Positions 1-9,428 of a stretch of DNA of 64,000 nt are shown one piece after another (positions within the stretch are counted from its first letter, which is position 1; each line of letters begins with the position of its first letter). Position numbers and translations under genes: made by a program. The DNA comes from Armatimonadota bacterium (lineage in GTDB: Bacteria > Armatimonadota > SYMT01), in the NCBI GenBank assembly GCA_041690135.1, contig JAWLHY010000009.1:192001-256000 (forward strand), in the 5' to 3' direction. The notes beneath the pieces were generated by a model. That model was given only the letters and a program-made list of their open reading frames with translations, ran no database searches and was not told the origin of the DNA.

Positions 1-113
1 CCACAGTCGTGTCAACTCTGAAGGTGGCCGCAGTGGCCGCACCAGAACTTTCCCCCGCTCACGCGGCGCAGAGCGGGCTGGGCGCAGATCTCGCACACCG
101 GCTCGGGCATGGT

Positions 114-1736
114 CTACCCCTCTTGCGCGGCCGGTGCCGGATCGAGGGTGGCACTCTTTGAGGAGGTTCCGAAGAACCGTTCCACCAGGGCTTCCTTCGG
201 GGGCGTGTCCATGAGGCTGACGACGATCCCGGCCACGGCGGAAGCCAGCAGGCCCCAGACGAAGGGGGCGATGCCGAACAGGTAGACGGGATAGAAGTTG
301 CCCTTCTCGCCGATGCCGGGAGGCGCGCCGGTACCGGTGGCGGTCATGTACCAGCCGGGGATGTAGAGCGCCAGCACCGTGAGCGCCCCGCCCAGCATGC
401 TGGCGATGGCGCCCCGCGCGGTGGCGCGTCGCCAGAAGCAGGCCATCACCGCCGGGAAGAGGTAGGTGCACGCCGCCGCGCCGCCGGTGAAGACGATGAT
501 TGCCTGGAGGAAGGTTGGCGCCTTCATCGCGCCGGCCATGGCGATGGCGGCGACCACCACCATGCTCACGTGGGAGAGGCGCTTCAGCGTGGCTTCCGAG
601 GCGTTGGGGTTGATCTGGCGATGGTAGATGTCCTGGACGAGCGCGGAGGAGATCTGGACCAGGAATCCGCTCACGGTGGCCATCACCGCCCCGAACGGAG
701 CCGAGAGGATGATGCCGGCAACGATGGGGTGGGCGATGGTGAGCGCCATCCGCGGCATCACTTCATCCGGCTTTTCGAGGCCGGGGAGGATGGCCCGCGC
801 GCAGACGAAGATCATCACCAGCGGCAGGTAGATCATCGTGTTGTAGACGGCCAGCAGGAAGATCGCCTTCCGCATGGTCTTCGTGTCCCGGAAGGCCATG
901 AGGCGCACCAGCGTGGCGGGCTGGCCCATGCCGGCGATCGACCACATACAGAAATAGGAGATCGCCAGGCTGATCGGTAGGAACTGCCACTCACCGCTGC
1001 CGCCCGGGGCCGCCGCGAAGCCGGGCCCCACTGCCTGAACACCCTGCTGGGTTGCGGGGCCAAATCCCCCGGAGAGCTTCAAAGCCAGCGGGAACATGAT
1101 CAGCACGCCGATGGCCATCAGGATGCTCTGGAAAACGTCGGTCCATACGGCCGCGAGAAAGCCGCCGTAGATGGTGTAGCTCACCACAACCAGCCCGAAG
1201 ATCACCAGTCCGTAGACGTAAGCGGGAGATTGTCCGAGGATCTGGGCACTCGGGTCATCCCAACCGGGCGGCTTGGGGAGTACGTGCTGGAGGATGATGG
1301 CGCCGCCCTTGAACTGCCCGATCAGGCTGAAGGCGAGGATGCAGATCATAAATGCGGAAGCCGCGAGCCCCAGGCCGGGGCTGGAGAACCGTTCCCGCAG
1401 CATGTCCGGAAGGGTGACGGCGCCGGTCTGGCGGGAGATCTGTCCCATTCGCTTGCCCAGCACGGCGAAGGTGCAGAGCGGCACCATCATGTAGCTGGCG
1501 ATCCAGAGCGCGAGCACCCATCCATACTGGTACACCAGCGACGGGAAGCCCATGAAAGTGCCGCCGCTCATCACGGTGGCGGTCAGCGCCATCGACCAGG
1601 AGCCCAGCCCGCGGTTGCCGAGGAAGTAGCCCTTGAGGAACCCACCTTTCTCGGAAGAGCGATTGGCGACCACCCCGATCGCCATGGAAGCGGCCATCAG
1701 GATGATGAGGCCGACGAGGGGAGCGAGACTATCCAT
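114..1736 (-). CDS. Sodium:solute symporter (SSS family, PanF-like)
   Basis: 540 aa, about 13 hydrophobic segments; SSS motifs YFLGNRGLG, ATVMSGGTFMGFP, YTIYGGFLAAVWTDVFQ. Confidence 0.9.
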   Translation of the reverse strand: MDSLAPLVGLIILMAASMAIGVVANRSSEKGGFLKGYFLGNRGLGSWSMALTATVMSGGTFMGFPSLVYQYGWVLALWIASYMMVPLCTFAVLGKRMGQISRQTGAVTLPDMLRERFSSPGLGLAASAFMICILAFSLIGQFKGGAIILQHVLPKPPGWDDPSAQILGQSPAYVYGLVIFGLVVVSYTIYGGFLAAVWTDVFQSILMAIGVLIMFPLALKLSGGFGPATQQGVQAVGPGFAAAPGGSGEWQFLPISLAISYFCMWSIAGMGQPATLVRLMAFRDTKTMRKAIFLLAVYNTMIYLPLVMIFVCARAILPGLEKPDEVMPRMALTIAHPIVAGIILSAPFGAVMATVSGFLVQISSALVQDIYHRQINPNASEATLKRLSHVSMVVVAAIAMAGAMKAPTFLQAIIVFTGGAAACTYLFPAVMACFWRRATARGAIASMLGGALTVLALYIPGWYMTATGTGAPPGIGEKGNFYPVYLFGIAPFVWGLLASAVAGIVVSLMDTPPKEALVERFFGTSSKSATLDPAPAAQEG

Positions 1737-2031
1737 AGCTTGGCTCCTCTCCGTGACCGTCCGTATTCTCTTCTCCCAGGTCTTCGTCCTGGATGCCCCA
1801 GAAGGAAGCCCAGATGGTGACCAGGGTGCAAACCCCCCAGGGAGCGAAGACGCCCCAGACCACCCAGGAGGGAATGCCGTAGATGAGATGGTTGGCGGCG
1901 TCCGGCCGGTAAGCGTTGAGGTAGGCGTAAGTACAGGTGTAGATGCAGCAGGCTACCCAGAGGAGCATCACGAGGATGGCTTCGCGGCGGGTCGTCTGCG
2001 AGAGAACGGGTGAGCGGTCCATAACTTCCAA
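1729..2031 (-). CDS. Small membrane protein, DUF997/YhdT-like partner of the SSS transporter
   Basis: 100 aa, two TM helices, RREA...GIPSW pattern; overlaps the symporter start, as yhdT does with panF. Confidence 0.75.
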   Translation of the reverse strand: MEVMDRSPVLSQTTRREAILVMLLWVACCIYTCTYAYLNAYRPDAANHLIYGIPSWVVWGVFAPWGVCTLVTIWASFWGIQDEDLGEENTDGHGEEPSYG

Positions 2032-2040
2032 TGAGGGCGG

Positions 2041-2604
2041 TTAGCCTCCGACGAGGAGGAGGTTGGCGTAGGGGGTGGAGTCTCCGGTGCGGATACACCC
2101 GACAGCGTGCCGGGCCAATCGCTTCAATTCCAAATGGGGTATAGCCTCGATCCGTCCCGAACCTTCACGGTGATAGACCCACCGCACGGGCGAAGCGAGT
2201 TGCATTTCGTGGGCCAGAATCATTCGATCCAATGGTAAGTCCGGCAGAATGGCGTCCAATACCTGCGGGATCGTCGGAATATTCGCCGTAAGCGAGAGAT
2301 CGACGACCGTGGAGAGCGACGGAACGGGATAGCCGCGGTCGGCGATGAGCAACATCTGGGTGTGGTTCACGCGCCGAATCAGGGCGGCGACTTCGGGGTT
2401 CAACAGGTGGCGAGTAGCCGACTGGTGCGCGCCAATGTCTTCGATGGCCGCCGCGCGCTGTTCCAGGGTGAACCGCTCCGCGGGGTCCGGCTCGGGGCGC
2501 TTGAAGATCCATTCGCCATTCTCGATGGCGACGAGTTCCCAACCCTCGCGGCCGAGGGTGTTGAGGTCAGCAGGTGCGGGGGTGCGGTGGTACTGCCAAC
2601 TCAC
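2041..2604 (-). CDS. RbsD/FucU-family sugar pyranase/mutarotase fused to an N-terminal DUF4177-like domain
   Basis: C-terminal part has RbsD motifs LLNPEV..VNHTQMLLIADRGYPVP, DLSL, RTGDSTPYANLLLVGG; N-terminal WQY..LNTLGREGWELV..FKR; GTG start at 2604 chosen for its GAAGGAG RBS. Confidence 0.75.
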   Translation of the reverse strand: MSWQYHRTPAPADLNTLGREGWELVAIENGEWIFKRPEPDPAERFTLEQRAAAIEDIGAHQSATRHLLNPEVAALIRRVNHTQMLLIADRGYPVPSLSTVVDLSLTANIPTIPQVLDAILPDLPLDRMILAHEMQLASPVRWVYHREGSGRIEAIPHLELKRLARHAVGCIRTGDSTPYANLLLVGG

Positions 2605-2747
2605 GTTCTTGAACTCTCCTTCACGATCACGAAGAGAGGAAGCGGGGCCCGGTGATTGTTCGCGAAGAGACCCCGCATCCACCTACCCCGTATCGCGTGA
2701 TACGCTTAACGGTGGACTTCGGAGTGTGACGAAGGAGAGACAGGCGA

Positions 2748-3806
2748 ATGGAGAACGCGTCCTACGAATTTCTGCGGTCCCTGGTGGAGGCCGGCGGGCC
2801 CTCGGGTTATGAGCAGCCGGTCCAGGCGATCTTCAAGAAGCAGGCCGAGGCCTACGGCGCTGAGGTGGAGATCGACGTCCTGGGTAACGCGATCGCCGTG
2901 CTGAACCGTTCGGGCTCCCCACGGGTGATGTTGGCCGGCCACGCCGACGAGATCGGATTTCTGGTCCGGTGGATCGACGAGAACGGCTACATCTACTTCG
3001 GCCCGGTGGGGGGATGGGATGCGGAAATCGCCGTGGGGCAGCGGGTGACGGTCCATACCGCGGCGGGGCCCGTAGTTGGGGTGATCGGCAAGCGCGCGAT
3101 CCACCTGATGGATGAAGAAGACCGGAAGAAGAAGAGTGAGCTGCACAAGCTCTGGATCGACATCGGCGTCACCAACCGCAACCAGGCCGAAGAACTGGTG
3201 GCCATTGGCGATCCGGTGACAATGCGGGTGCCGCTCGAACGCCTCCAGGGCGATCTCGCCACCGCGAAGAGCTTCGACAACCGGATGGCGGTGTGGGTCT
3301 GCGCGGAGACGCTGCGTCTCCTGCGGGGCCAAACCTTCAGCGCTGGGGTCTACAGCGTCTCCACCGTGCAGGAAGAGATCGGCCTTCGGGGCGCAAAAAC
3401 TGCGTCATTCGGTGTGAACCCGCTGGTGGGGATCGCGCTGGATGTGTGCCACGCCACGGACTACCCGGAAGCGGACAAGCGGAAGGTAGGGGACGTCCGC
3501 CTCGGTGGGGGACCGGTCGTATCGCGAGGCGCCAATATCAACCCGCGGGTGTTCGACCTGCTGGTCCGGGCGGCGCACGAAGAGCAGATTCCCATTCAAA
3601 TCGAGGCGGCTCCGGCGGGGACCGGAACGGACGCGAACGCGATGCAGCTCAACCAGGCGGGAATGGCGACGGGGCTGGTCTCCGTGCCGCTGCGATACAT
3701 GCACACCCCCTGCGAAACGCTGTCGCTTTCGGATCTGGAGAACGCCGCGCGTCTGTGTGCCGCCTTCATCAAGCGCGTCACCCCCGAAACGAGTTGGGCT
3801 CCCTGA
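2748..3806 (+). CDS. M42-family metallo-aminopeptidase
   Basis: Motifs GPSGYE, AGHADEIG, FDNR, VQEEIGLRGA, GTDA, RYMHTP; RBS GAAGGAG. Confidence 0.92.
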   Translation: MENASYEFLRSLVEAGGPSGYEQPVQAIFKKQAEAYGAEVEIDVLGNAIAVLNRSGSPRVMLAGHADEIGFLVRWIDENGYIYFGPVGGWDAEIAVGQRVTVHTAAGPVVGVIGKRAIHLMDEEDRKKKSELHKLWIDIGVTNRNQAEELVAIGDPVTMRVPLERLQGDLATAKSFDNRMAVWVCAETLRLLRGQTFSAGVYSVSTVQEEIGLRGAKTASFGVNPLVGIALDVCHATDYPEADKRKVGDVRLGGGPVVSRGANINPRVFDLLVRAAHEEQIPIQIEAAPAGTGTDANAMQLNQAGMATGLVSVPLRYMHTPCETLSLSDLENAARLCAAFIKRVTPETSWAP

Positions 3807-3870
3807 GAGGCAAACGTCGAGGGGTAACAGGGCAATCAACCTCCGGTGTCGAATATTAGGCCGGAGGTTG

Positions 3871-4914
3871 ATGATGCACCCGTGGAGTCGACGGCGTCTG
3901 CTCGGGGTGAGCGCGGGCGCGGTCACCCTGATTCTCACGAACCGGCAGGTCGCCTGGTCCCAGGATACGCCGGGGCAGGAGGCGACGGATGGAGCGCGCA
4001 TCCCCGCGGCACTCCAGTCGTTGTTACCGCCCTTTACCGCCACACTTTTTGATCCGCCCCCGGCCGGTCAGGGCTGGGGGCCGGTGATGCTCTCCCCGAG
4101 CGGCAAAGCCATGCTCGCGCAGCGGCGAGAGGGAGGGCATGTCGCCGTGTTCCTGCTGGACCGTAATGGGGAACCGGTTAAGGACCTCACCTCCGAGCAT
4201 TACCCGCTGGCGGAAGGCGTTTGGGGGCCGGACGACACCCAGATCTTGCTGGAGTGTCGCCGTGAGGAGAACGGCCGGGCGGAGTTCATGAAGGTCTTTC
4301 CGGCTTCGGGGCGCTTGCTCCCGGCTTCCGTGGCTGGGCTGCCGACCTGGGCCGCGGGGGGGAAAGCATATTTTCTCGAAACTGGGAGAACCGATTCTCC
4401 CAGCGGCGGCCACACTGCAGCCGGTCATTTCCAGCGGTTCACGGCTTCCAACATGGCGGTGGGGACTCCGTTGCTCGTGACGCAGCCGGTATGGAGCGGG
4501 GACGGGCAGTGGCTCGCTTTCCTACGGGAACGACCTCGACCCGCGGAGGCGGATGACAAGCGTTTCTCCCCGGTTCGCGAGGTCCGCGTGATCCCGGCCC
4601 GCGGGACGGTACAACGCGTCGTTCTGCCGTTCGCGGCGTGGGACCGCCTGATCAAAGAGCGTGGGTGGCGTTGGGCCAGCGGTCCGGAGCGCCTGTTCTG
4701 GGGCCCGTCCGGGGAGGCGTTGTATGGCTTCTGCACCGCGCGGACCGACAGCGAAGAGACGCGCTACCTGATGCGAATCGACCTGAAGGAGCCGAAACGC
4801 GACGTGGTGGCGGTGGACGATCTCACCGATCTCGTCAGCGCCTCGGCCGATGGTCGGCACTGGCTGCTTCAACTAGGCGACCGGCACTACCGGTTGGATC
4901 TCGCAGACAGGTAG
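3871..4914 (+). CDS. Tat-exported protein, probable TolB/PD40-like beta-propeller
   Basis: GGAGG RBS then MMHPWSRRRLLG (twin-arginine signal); repeats such as LSPSGK, WGPDDT, WSGDGQWLAF, WGPSGE; 3' end overlaps the convergent amidase by 28 bp. Confidence 0.65.
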   Translation: MMHPWSRRRLLGVSAGAVTLILTNRQVAWSQDTPGQEATDGARIPAALQSLLPPFTATLFDPPPAGQGWGPVMLSPSGKAMLAQRREGGHVAVFLLDRNGEPVKDLTSEHYPLAEGVWGPDDTQILLECRREENGRAEFMKVFPASGRLLPASVAGLPTWAAGGKAYFLETGRTDSPSGGHTAAGHFQRFTASNMAVGTPLLVTQPVWSGDGQWLAFLRERPRPAEADDKRFSPVREVRVIPARGTVQRVVLPFAAWDRLIKERGWRWASGPERLFWGPSGEALYGFCTARTDSEETRYLMRIDLKEPKRDVVAVDDLTDLVSASADGRHWLLQLGDRHYRLDLADR

Positions 4915-6449
4915 GCCAGGATGCCCTCTCCGACCCCTTCCGCGATCTTCTGACGGTAGTCCGGTCGGGCGAGGAGCTTCGCGGTACCGGCGTGGCTGAT
5001 ATAGCCGGTCTCCACCAGTACGGCCGGCCGTTCCGCACAGCGCAAAATGTAGAATCCGCGGTCGTAGCGGGTGTAATCGCTGCGCACACCGAGGTCCGGC
5101 GCCCCGGTCGCCCGCACCAGGTATTGCTGAACCTTTTCGGCCAATGCCCGGCACGCGGACTGCGCCCGGTGGAAGTAGGTGGTCGCCCCGGTGACATTAG
5201 GTCGTCCGGAAACCGAGTCGCAGTGGATGCTGACCAGGACATCGGATTGCGTCTGCTGGACCCAGGCGCTGCGGACCGGCGGGGGCATGGAGACATCGGA
5301 GCGCCGCGACAACCGCACCTGGCAGCCCCGCTCTCGCAGCCACCGGGAGAGTCGCAGCGCCACGTCCAGGGTGACGTTCTTCTCCAGGATGCCGCCGGGT
5401 CCCAGGGCACCGGGATCGCCACCCCCATGCCCGGCGTCGATCGCAATCACCTTGCCTTCCCCACCGGTGGGATCGACCGGAGGGGAAGGGGGGAGCTCCG
5501 GCAGGACCGGCAGCGGGAGGGGGCGGCCTTCGGGTCCGACCAGCACCGCGGGTTCGAACCCTTCCGCGAGGAACTCCTCTTCACGGGTACCGGGCTTGAG
5601 GTCCAGCACGATACGGGCCACCGGGGGGTTGGTACTGTTCTGACCCAACCGGACGGCCTTCACCAGCGAGCCGGGCGGGAGGGTGGCGGGAGCCTTCAAT
5701 CCACCCAGGAGGGCGCCTTCCACGTCGATGAAACAGCGTGGGGTCGTGCCAGGAAGATACCCATGCCGGACCCGGCACGGTGAGCTGGCGGTCAACTTGA
5801 GCTGCAGCCGTTTTCCCTGGGGGAGGACGGCGAGGCGCAGCAGGCGGGCCGTGCGAGTAGGAGCCGCCGGGGGAGAAGGAGGACCCACCACGCGCGCGGG
5901 GCCGGACGGAAGCGCTGGAAGGGTTTCCCGGGGTTGTATCACCAGTTCCGGCCGGTCCTCCCGGGGGGTGGGTACGGCTTCGGGCGGGAAGGGGGTGAGC
6001 GTACTGGGACCCGCGGGACGGGAGAAAAGTCCCGGTCGCGGGCTCTCCTCGCCGATCTCGAGGACCAGGTCGCGCGCGCCGGTCCGAGAGACGAGCCGGA
6101 CTTTGACGGGGCGCTCCAGATCCAGCTCCAGGCGGACCCCTGTGGCCACGCGCCGGACCCGGAGGGAGCGAACCCCGCCAGTATCAAGCGGCAGCTCCGG
6201 CGGCAGCGATCCGGGGGTTGTGCCGGGCAACTCCAGGTGGACCTTCCGCGCGCCCGTATTCGTGAGGGTTGCGCGAATCGCAGCGGAGGTGCGGAGGGTC
6301 AGGCGGCTGACGCGCTCGCCGGGCTCGATGGTGACGCCCAGGATTTCGCTGGTTGGCGAGTTTTGTGCCGCAAACGGAATTGCCCCGGCCAGGGAAAGGC
6401 AGCCGGCGAATACGAGATAGAGGTGGAAAACCAGGCGCCGGAGACCCAT
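4887..6449 (-). CDS. N-acetylmuramoyl-L-alanine amidase (Amidase_3) with AMIN domains and Pro-rich linkers
   Basis: IAIDAGHGGGDPGA, EKNVTL, SIHCD, PAVLVETGYISH; signal peptide from ATG 6449; the longer listed start lies inside tmRNA. Confidence 0.9.
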   Translation of the reverse strand: MGLRRLVFHLYLVFAGCLSLAGAIPFAAQNSPTSEILGVTIEPGERVSRLTLRTSAAIRATLTNTGARKVHLELPGTTPGSLPPELPLDTGGVRSLRVRRVATGVRLELDLERPVKVRLVSRTGARDLVLEIGEESPRPGLFSRPAGPSTLTPFPPEAVPTPREDRPELVIQPRETLPALPSGPARVVGPPSPPAAPTRTARLLRLAVLPQGKRLQLKLTASSPCRVRHGYLPGTTPRCFIDVEGALLGGLKAPATLPPGSLVKAVRLGQNSTNPPVARIVLDLKPGTREEEFLAEGFEPAVLVGPEGRPLPLPVLPELPPSPPVDPTGGEGKVIAIDAGHGGGDPGALGPGGILEKNVTLDVALRLSRWLRERGCQVRLSRRSDVSMPPPVRSAWVQQTQSDVLVSIHCDSVSGRPNVTGATTYFHRAQSACRALAEKVQQYLVRATGAPDLGVRSDYTRYDRGFYILRCAERPAVLVETGYISHAGTAKLLARPDYRQKIAEGVGEGILAYLSARSNR

Positions 6450-6480
6450 GGAGTAGCTCCCAAGGCGGGCACGATCATGC

Positions 6481-6547
6481 AAAAAGGCCCGCCTGATGCG
6501 TGGTCTGTCCACCCCAGTGGCGGCAGAGCACGGCCCAGGCGGGCCTT
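6481..6547 (-). terminator. Probable intrinsic terminator of tmRNA
   Basis: 12-bp inverted repeat aaggcccgcctg (6484-6495) / caggcgggcctt (6536-6547) with further internal pairing and a T run on the minus strand. Confidence 0.6.
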
Positions 6548-6560
6548 CTCCAGCGGATGA

Positions 6561-6913
6561 TGGAGGCGCCGGGAGTTGAACCCGGGTCCAAAGGGTCACG
6601 ATATCGAACGTCTACGAGCGTATCCGGTGATTTGTATTTCGCGCCGGGACCCCCGCCGGTAGGGTTCCGATGACGCTATCTCGCTTATACCAACGGAAGA
6701 CCACGAGCCCTTCTTCCGCGGTGGCCAGGTTTTTCATCGCCCTACGCCGCGCCCCTGGCCGGGCTCGGATCGGACGGGCCGCCTTTGTTAGGCAGCCAGA
6801 GCGTAGCTCTGAGTGTTGTTCGCGTTTATGCGTTTGCCGCTTTTTACGAGGCCAGCGGCGCCTCGGCTCGCAGTCCGATCCGTAAAACTCCTCTGTCGAC
6901 ACCCATCGCCCCC
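6561..6913 (-). ncRNA. ssrA: tmRNA; tag peptide ANNTQSYALAA* at 6823-6788
   Basis: 5' GGGGGCG pairs with 3' CGCCTCC-A, including the G3.U alanine determinant; T-arm CCGGGTTCAACTCCCGG; tag frame ends YALAA-TAA; CCA not encoded (TCA follows). Confidence 0.97.
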
Positions 6914-6934
6914 TTAACGGGCTTCGGTGACCTC

Positions 6935-6963
6935 ATGCTACCCTGTCGCCAGTGGGGTGTCAA
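6935..6963 (-). promoter_or_regulatory. sigma70-type promoter of ssrA
   Basis: Minus strand TTGACA (6963-6958), 17 nt, TAGCAT (6940-6935), about 20 nt upstream of the mature 5' end. Confidence 0.8.
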
Positions 6964-7146
6964 TGTCCCACGCTCCGATTCTCGGTCGGAAGGCCACGTT
7001 CCCCAACCCCGATCTCAGGGCGCCATGAGAAAGACCCCCGGGATTGCGGACGGGTTCCCGAAATCTCCCAACGAGTGGTGAAACCGTGAGGAGGGGCGTA
7101 GGCAACCCGACACCGGGCGGATGCCTGCACAGGAATGCCCCAGGGC

Positions 7147-7179
7147 ACCCGGTCCGGCAGTGCAACTGCCGGACCGGGT
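7147..7179. terminator. Perfect 15-bp hairpin downstream of the LptD-like gene
   Basis: acccggtccggcagt-gca-actgccggaccgggt; no clear U-tract. Confidence 0.55.
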
Positions 7180-7203
7180 AGGTAATGTTTGCGGGTTTCC
7201 GCT

Positions 7204-9165
7204 CTAGAAGCGGGAGGCGCCGAACTCGATGATGAACCGGTGCTCGCGCCGGGACCAGTAAAGGCCAAGGTCCCGTCCGCCGAATGGCCGGGAGATGCCG
7301 AACTGGAAGTCGTAGTCGCCGAACTGGCCGTACTGGAAGAGGGTGTGCAGAACCTCCAGACGCCAGATCTTGGTGGCCTGGTAGCTGAGCTGGAAGATGC
7401 TGTGCCGGCTCGGCGCGTCGAGCGCCATGTTCGCGAGCGCGGTGAGGCGCAGGCGGGAAGTGATCGGATAGTTGGCGCTGAGGGTGCTGTTCAGCCTTCC
7501 CTGGGTGGGGAGGAGGTCGTAAACGGTGGCAAGACGGTTGTAGTTGAGGCCCAGGGTGAGGGTGCCGTTATTCGGCAGCGCTTTCCGGAGTTGTGCATCG
7601 AAGGCCGGGCCGAAGCCGGCGTTGGTGTTGCCGGTGACCGCCTGGAGCGAAGCGCTCGTGTCCAGATCCAGCCCGTCCGCCAGCTGGATCGACTTGGGCC
7701 GCGCGCGCAGGCCGAAAGACTGGTATTGGGCTCCCGGCACGGAAACGAAGCGGCGGGAGTTGGCGAGGATGCGCGTTTCGGCGGCATCCCGCCGGTAGAA
7801 GCTGGTCGTTGCCGTGAGCGCCACCTTTCCGTCGGCGATGGGCTTCGGCTTGCTCTCGAAGTTGAAGGAAAGGGTCTTCGCCAGCACGCCGGTGCGCGCG
7901 GGACGCGCCGCCGACATCGCGAGGTTGAGTACCCCGATCGGCAGGCCGCTCGTCAGGTTGACCTGGCCGTAAAGATCCCGGTGGTTGGGGAACTGAAGGT
8001 TGGAGACGAGGCGGGTGGACCGGGTCAACTGCTGGGTGTGGTTCCAGTAGAAACCCCACTGATCCAACGACGAGATGTTCGTCAGCATGGCCTCGCCTTC
8101 GTTCCGGCCGGAGAACCCGTACTTCTGCACCAGGTCGACGCTTAGGCCCTGGTTGCGGGTGAAGTAGCCGAGGCCGCCGGTGCGGGCGCCATAGCCCACC
8201 CGCAGTGCGGTGCTGGAATCCGGCGTCATATTCAGGTAGAGGGGCAGGTCCAGCGTAAGGCCCGCGGTTCCGACGCCCACGTAGCGATCCGTGGAGTTGA
8301 ACCCGTCTTTGAGGTTGGCCTCGTGGAACGGCATCCGAATGCTCTTGATGCCGCCGACAAAGGCCCGGCCACCCTGCACCTGCACGCGCTCCCCCGCGAT
8401 GTAGTTGGCGGATTTGCTGACCCAGATCAGCTTGCTGTCGGAAAGGTCGACCAGTTCGAAATCGGGGTTGAGGTTCTTGGGCCGCTCGGGGAGCTCCGTG
8501 AGACCGTAGGCGCTGAACCACTTCCTCGCTTCTACCGCGACGATGTAGCCTTCAAATGTCTTCAGATCCAGCCAGAGGCGGTCCCCCACCAGCGTCTTGT
8601 CGTCGCTGATGATGTTGACCTTACCCAGGGCCTTGATGTTGTCCCGGTCGAGGTCGATCTGCACGGAATTTGCTTCGATCTCCACGCCCCGGTAGCGCAC
8701 CCGAACCTGCTCATCCGCCTGGATGAAGTGCTTGTCTTCGCTGAAAGCGACGTACTTGCCCGTGATCTTGAGCACGCGCCCGCCGACATTCGCCTCCACC
8801 AGCTTACTGACCATCGGCACGGTGAGCACGGTCTGGTCCAGGCCGACCGACACACTGATGTTCGCCGCCTGCGGAATCGAGGCCGCAGTCAGCGTGGCCC
8901 GCGCCACCCCCGCTGAGGTGAAGGCCACTTGCGTGATCGAGCCGGCGGTGGTGTAGAAGCGAACTTCCGTGCCGTCGCGAGCCGGACGACCACTGCTGGT
9001 CCGCACCTCCGCCGTAACGGTTGCGGTACTGGCCCCATCCGCCAGGAGCACGTTCGGGCTCACCGAAACCCGGATGGACCCCGTCGCCGCAGCGACCGGG
9101 GAGGGGGACAAAACGCCCACGGCGATCAGCACGGTGGTGAGGAATAGTAGGAAGCGGGAAGTCAT
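7204..9165 (-). CDS. Outer-membrane protein with N-terminal Ig-like (Big_1/invasin) domain, OstA/LptD-like region and probable beta-barrel
   Basis: Signal peptide from ATG 9165; LLADGASTATVTAEV..DGTEVRF.T..G Big_1 pattern; beta-jellyroll-like IEANSVQIDL..KALGKVNI; C-terminal Phe (FIIEFGASRF). Confidence 0.65.
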   Translation of the reverse strand: MTSRFLLFLTTVLIAVGVLSPSPVAAATGSIRVSVSPNVLLADGASTATVTAEVRTSSGRPARDGTEVRFYTTAGSITQVAFTSAGVARATLTAASIPQAANISVSVGLDQTVLTVPMVSKLVEANVGGRVLKITGKYVAFSEDKHFIQADEQVRVRYRGVEIEANSVQIDLDRDNIKALGKVNIISDDKTLVGDRLWLDLKTFEGYIVAVEARKWFSAYGLTELPERPKNLNPDFELVDLSDSKLIWVSKSANYIAGERVQVQGGRAFVGGIKSIRMPFHEANLKDGFNSTDRYVGVGTAGLTLDLPLYLNMTPDSSTALRVGYGARTGGLGYFTRNQGLSVDLVQKYGFSGRNEGEAMLTNISSLDQWGFYWNHTQQLTRSTRLVSNLQFPNHRDLYGQVNLTSGLPIGVLNLAMSAARPARTGVLAKTLSFNFESKPKPIADGKVALTATTSFYRRDAAETRILANSRRFVSVPGAQYQSFGLRARPKSIQLADGLDLDTSASLQAVTGNTNAGFGPAFDAQLRKALPNNGTLTLGLNYNRLATVYDLLPTQGRLNSTLSANYPITSRLRLTALANMALDAPSRHSIFQLSYQATKIWRLEVLHTLFQYGQFGDYDFQFGISRPFGGRDLGLYWSRREHRFIIEFGASRF

Positions 9166-9428
9166 GCCTGCTCTTCGACGTTCGTGGATTGCGGCCTGGC
9201 TGGAGCGAAGGAGTCGGGAGAGGGGTCGCGGCGCTGTGGAACGACATCGTCCGGGCCGACACTTATCCCGTTGGACGGGCATCACCCTCCTGGTGTTCCT
9301 ACAGCCGGTTGGGTTATTCCTCCCCAGGCAGGCGGAAATTGACTCCAGGACGGAAAATTCTCTCCCGTCGAAACGGTCCGGCGACTGCAACTAGGAAGCA
9401 GCCGGGTAGGAACTGTGAGGATTCTGGA

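Noticed and set aside
6450-6902. ORF 6612-6902 and the N-terminal extension of the amidase to 6599
   Set aside because: Both overlap the tmRNA gene and its terminator; the amidase signal peptide starts at 6449.
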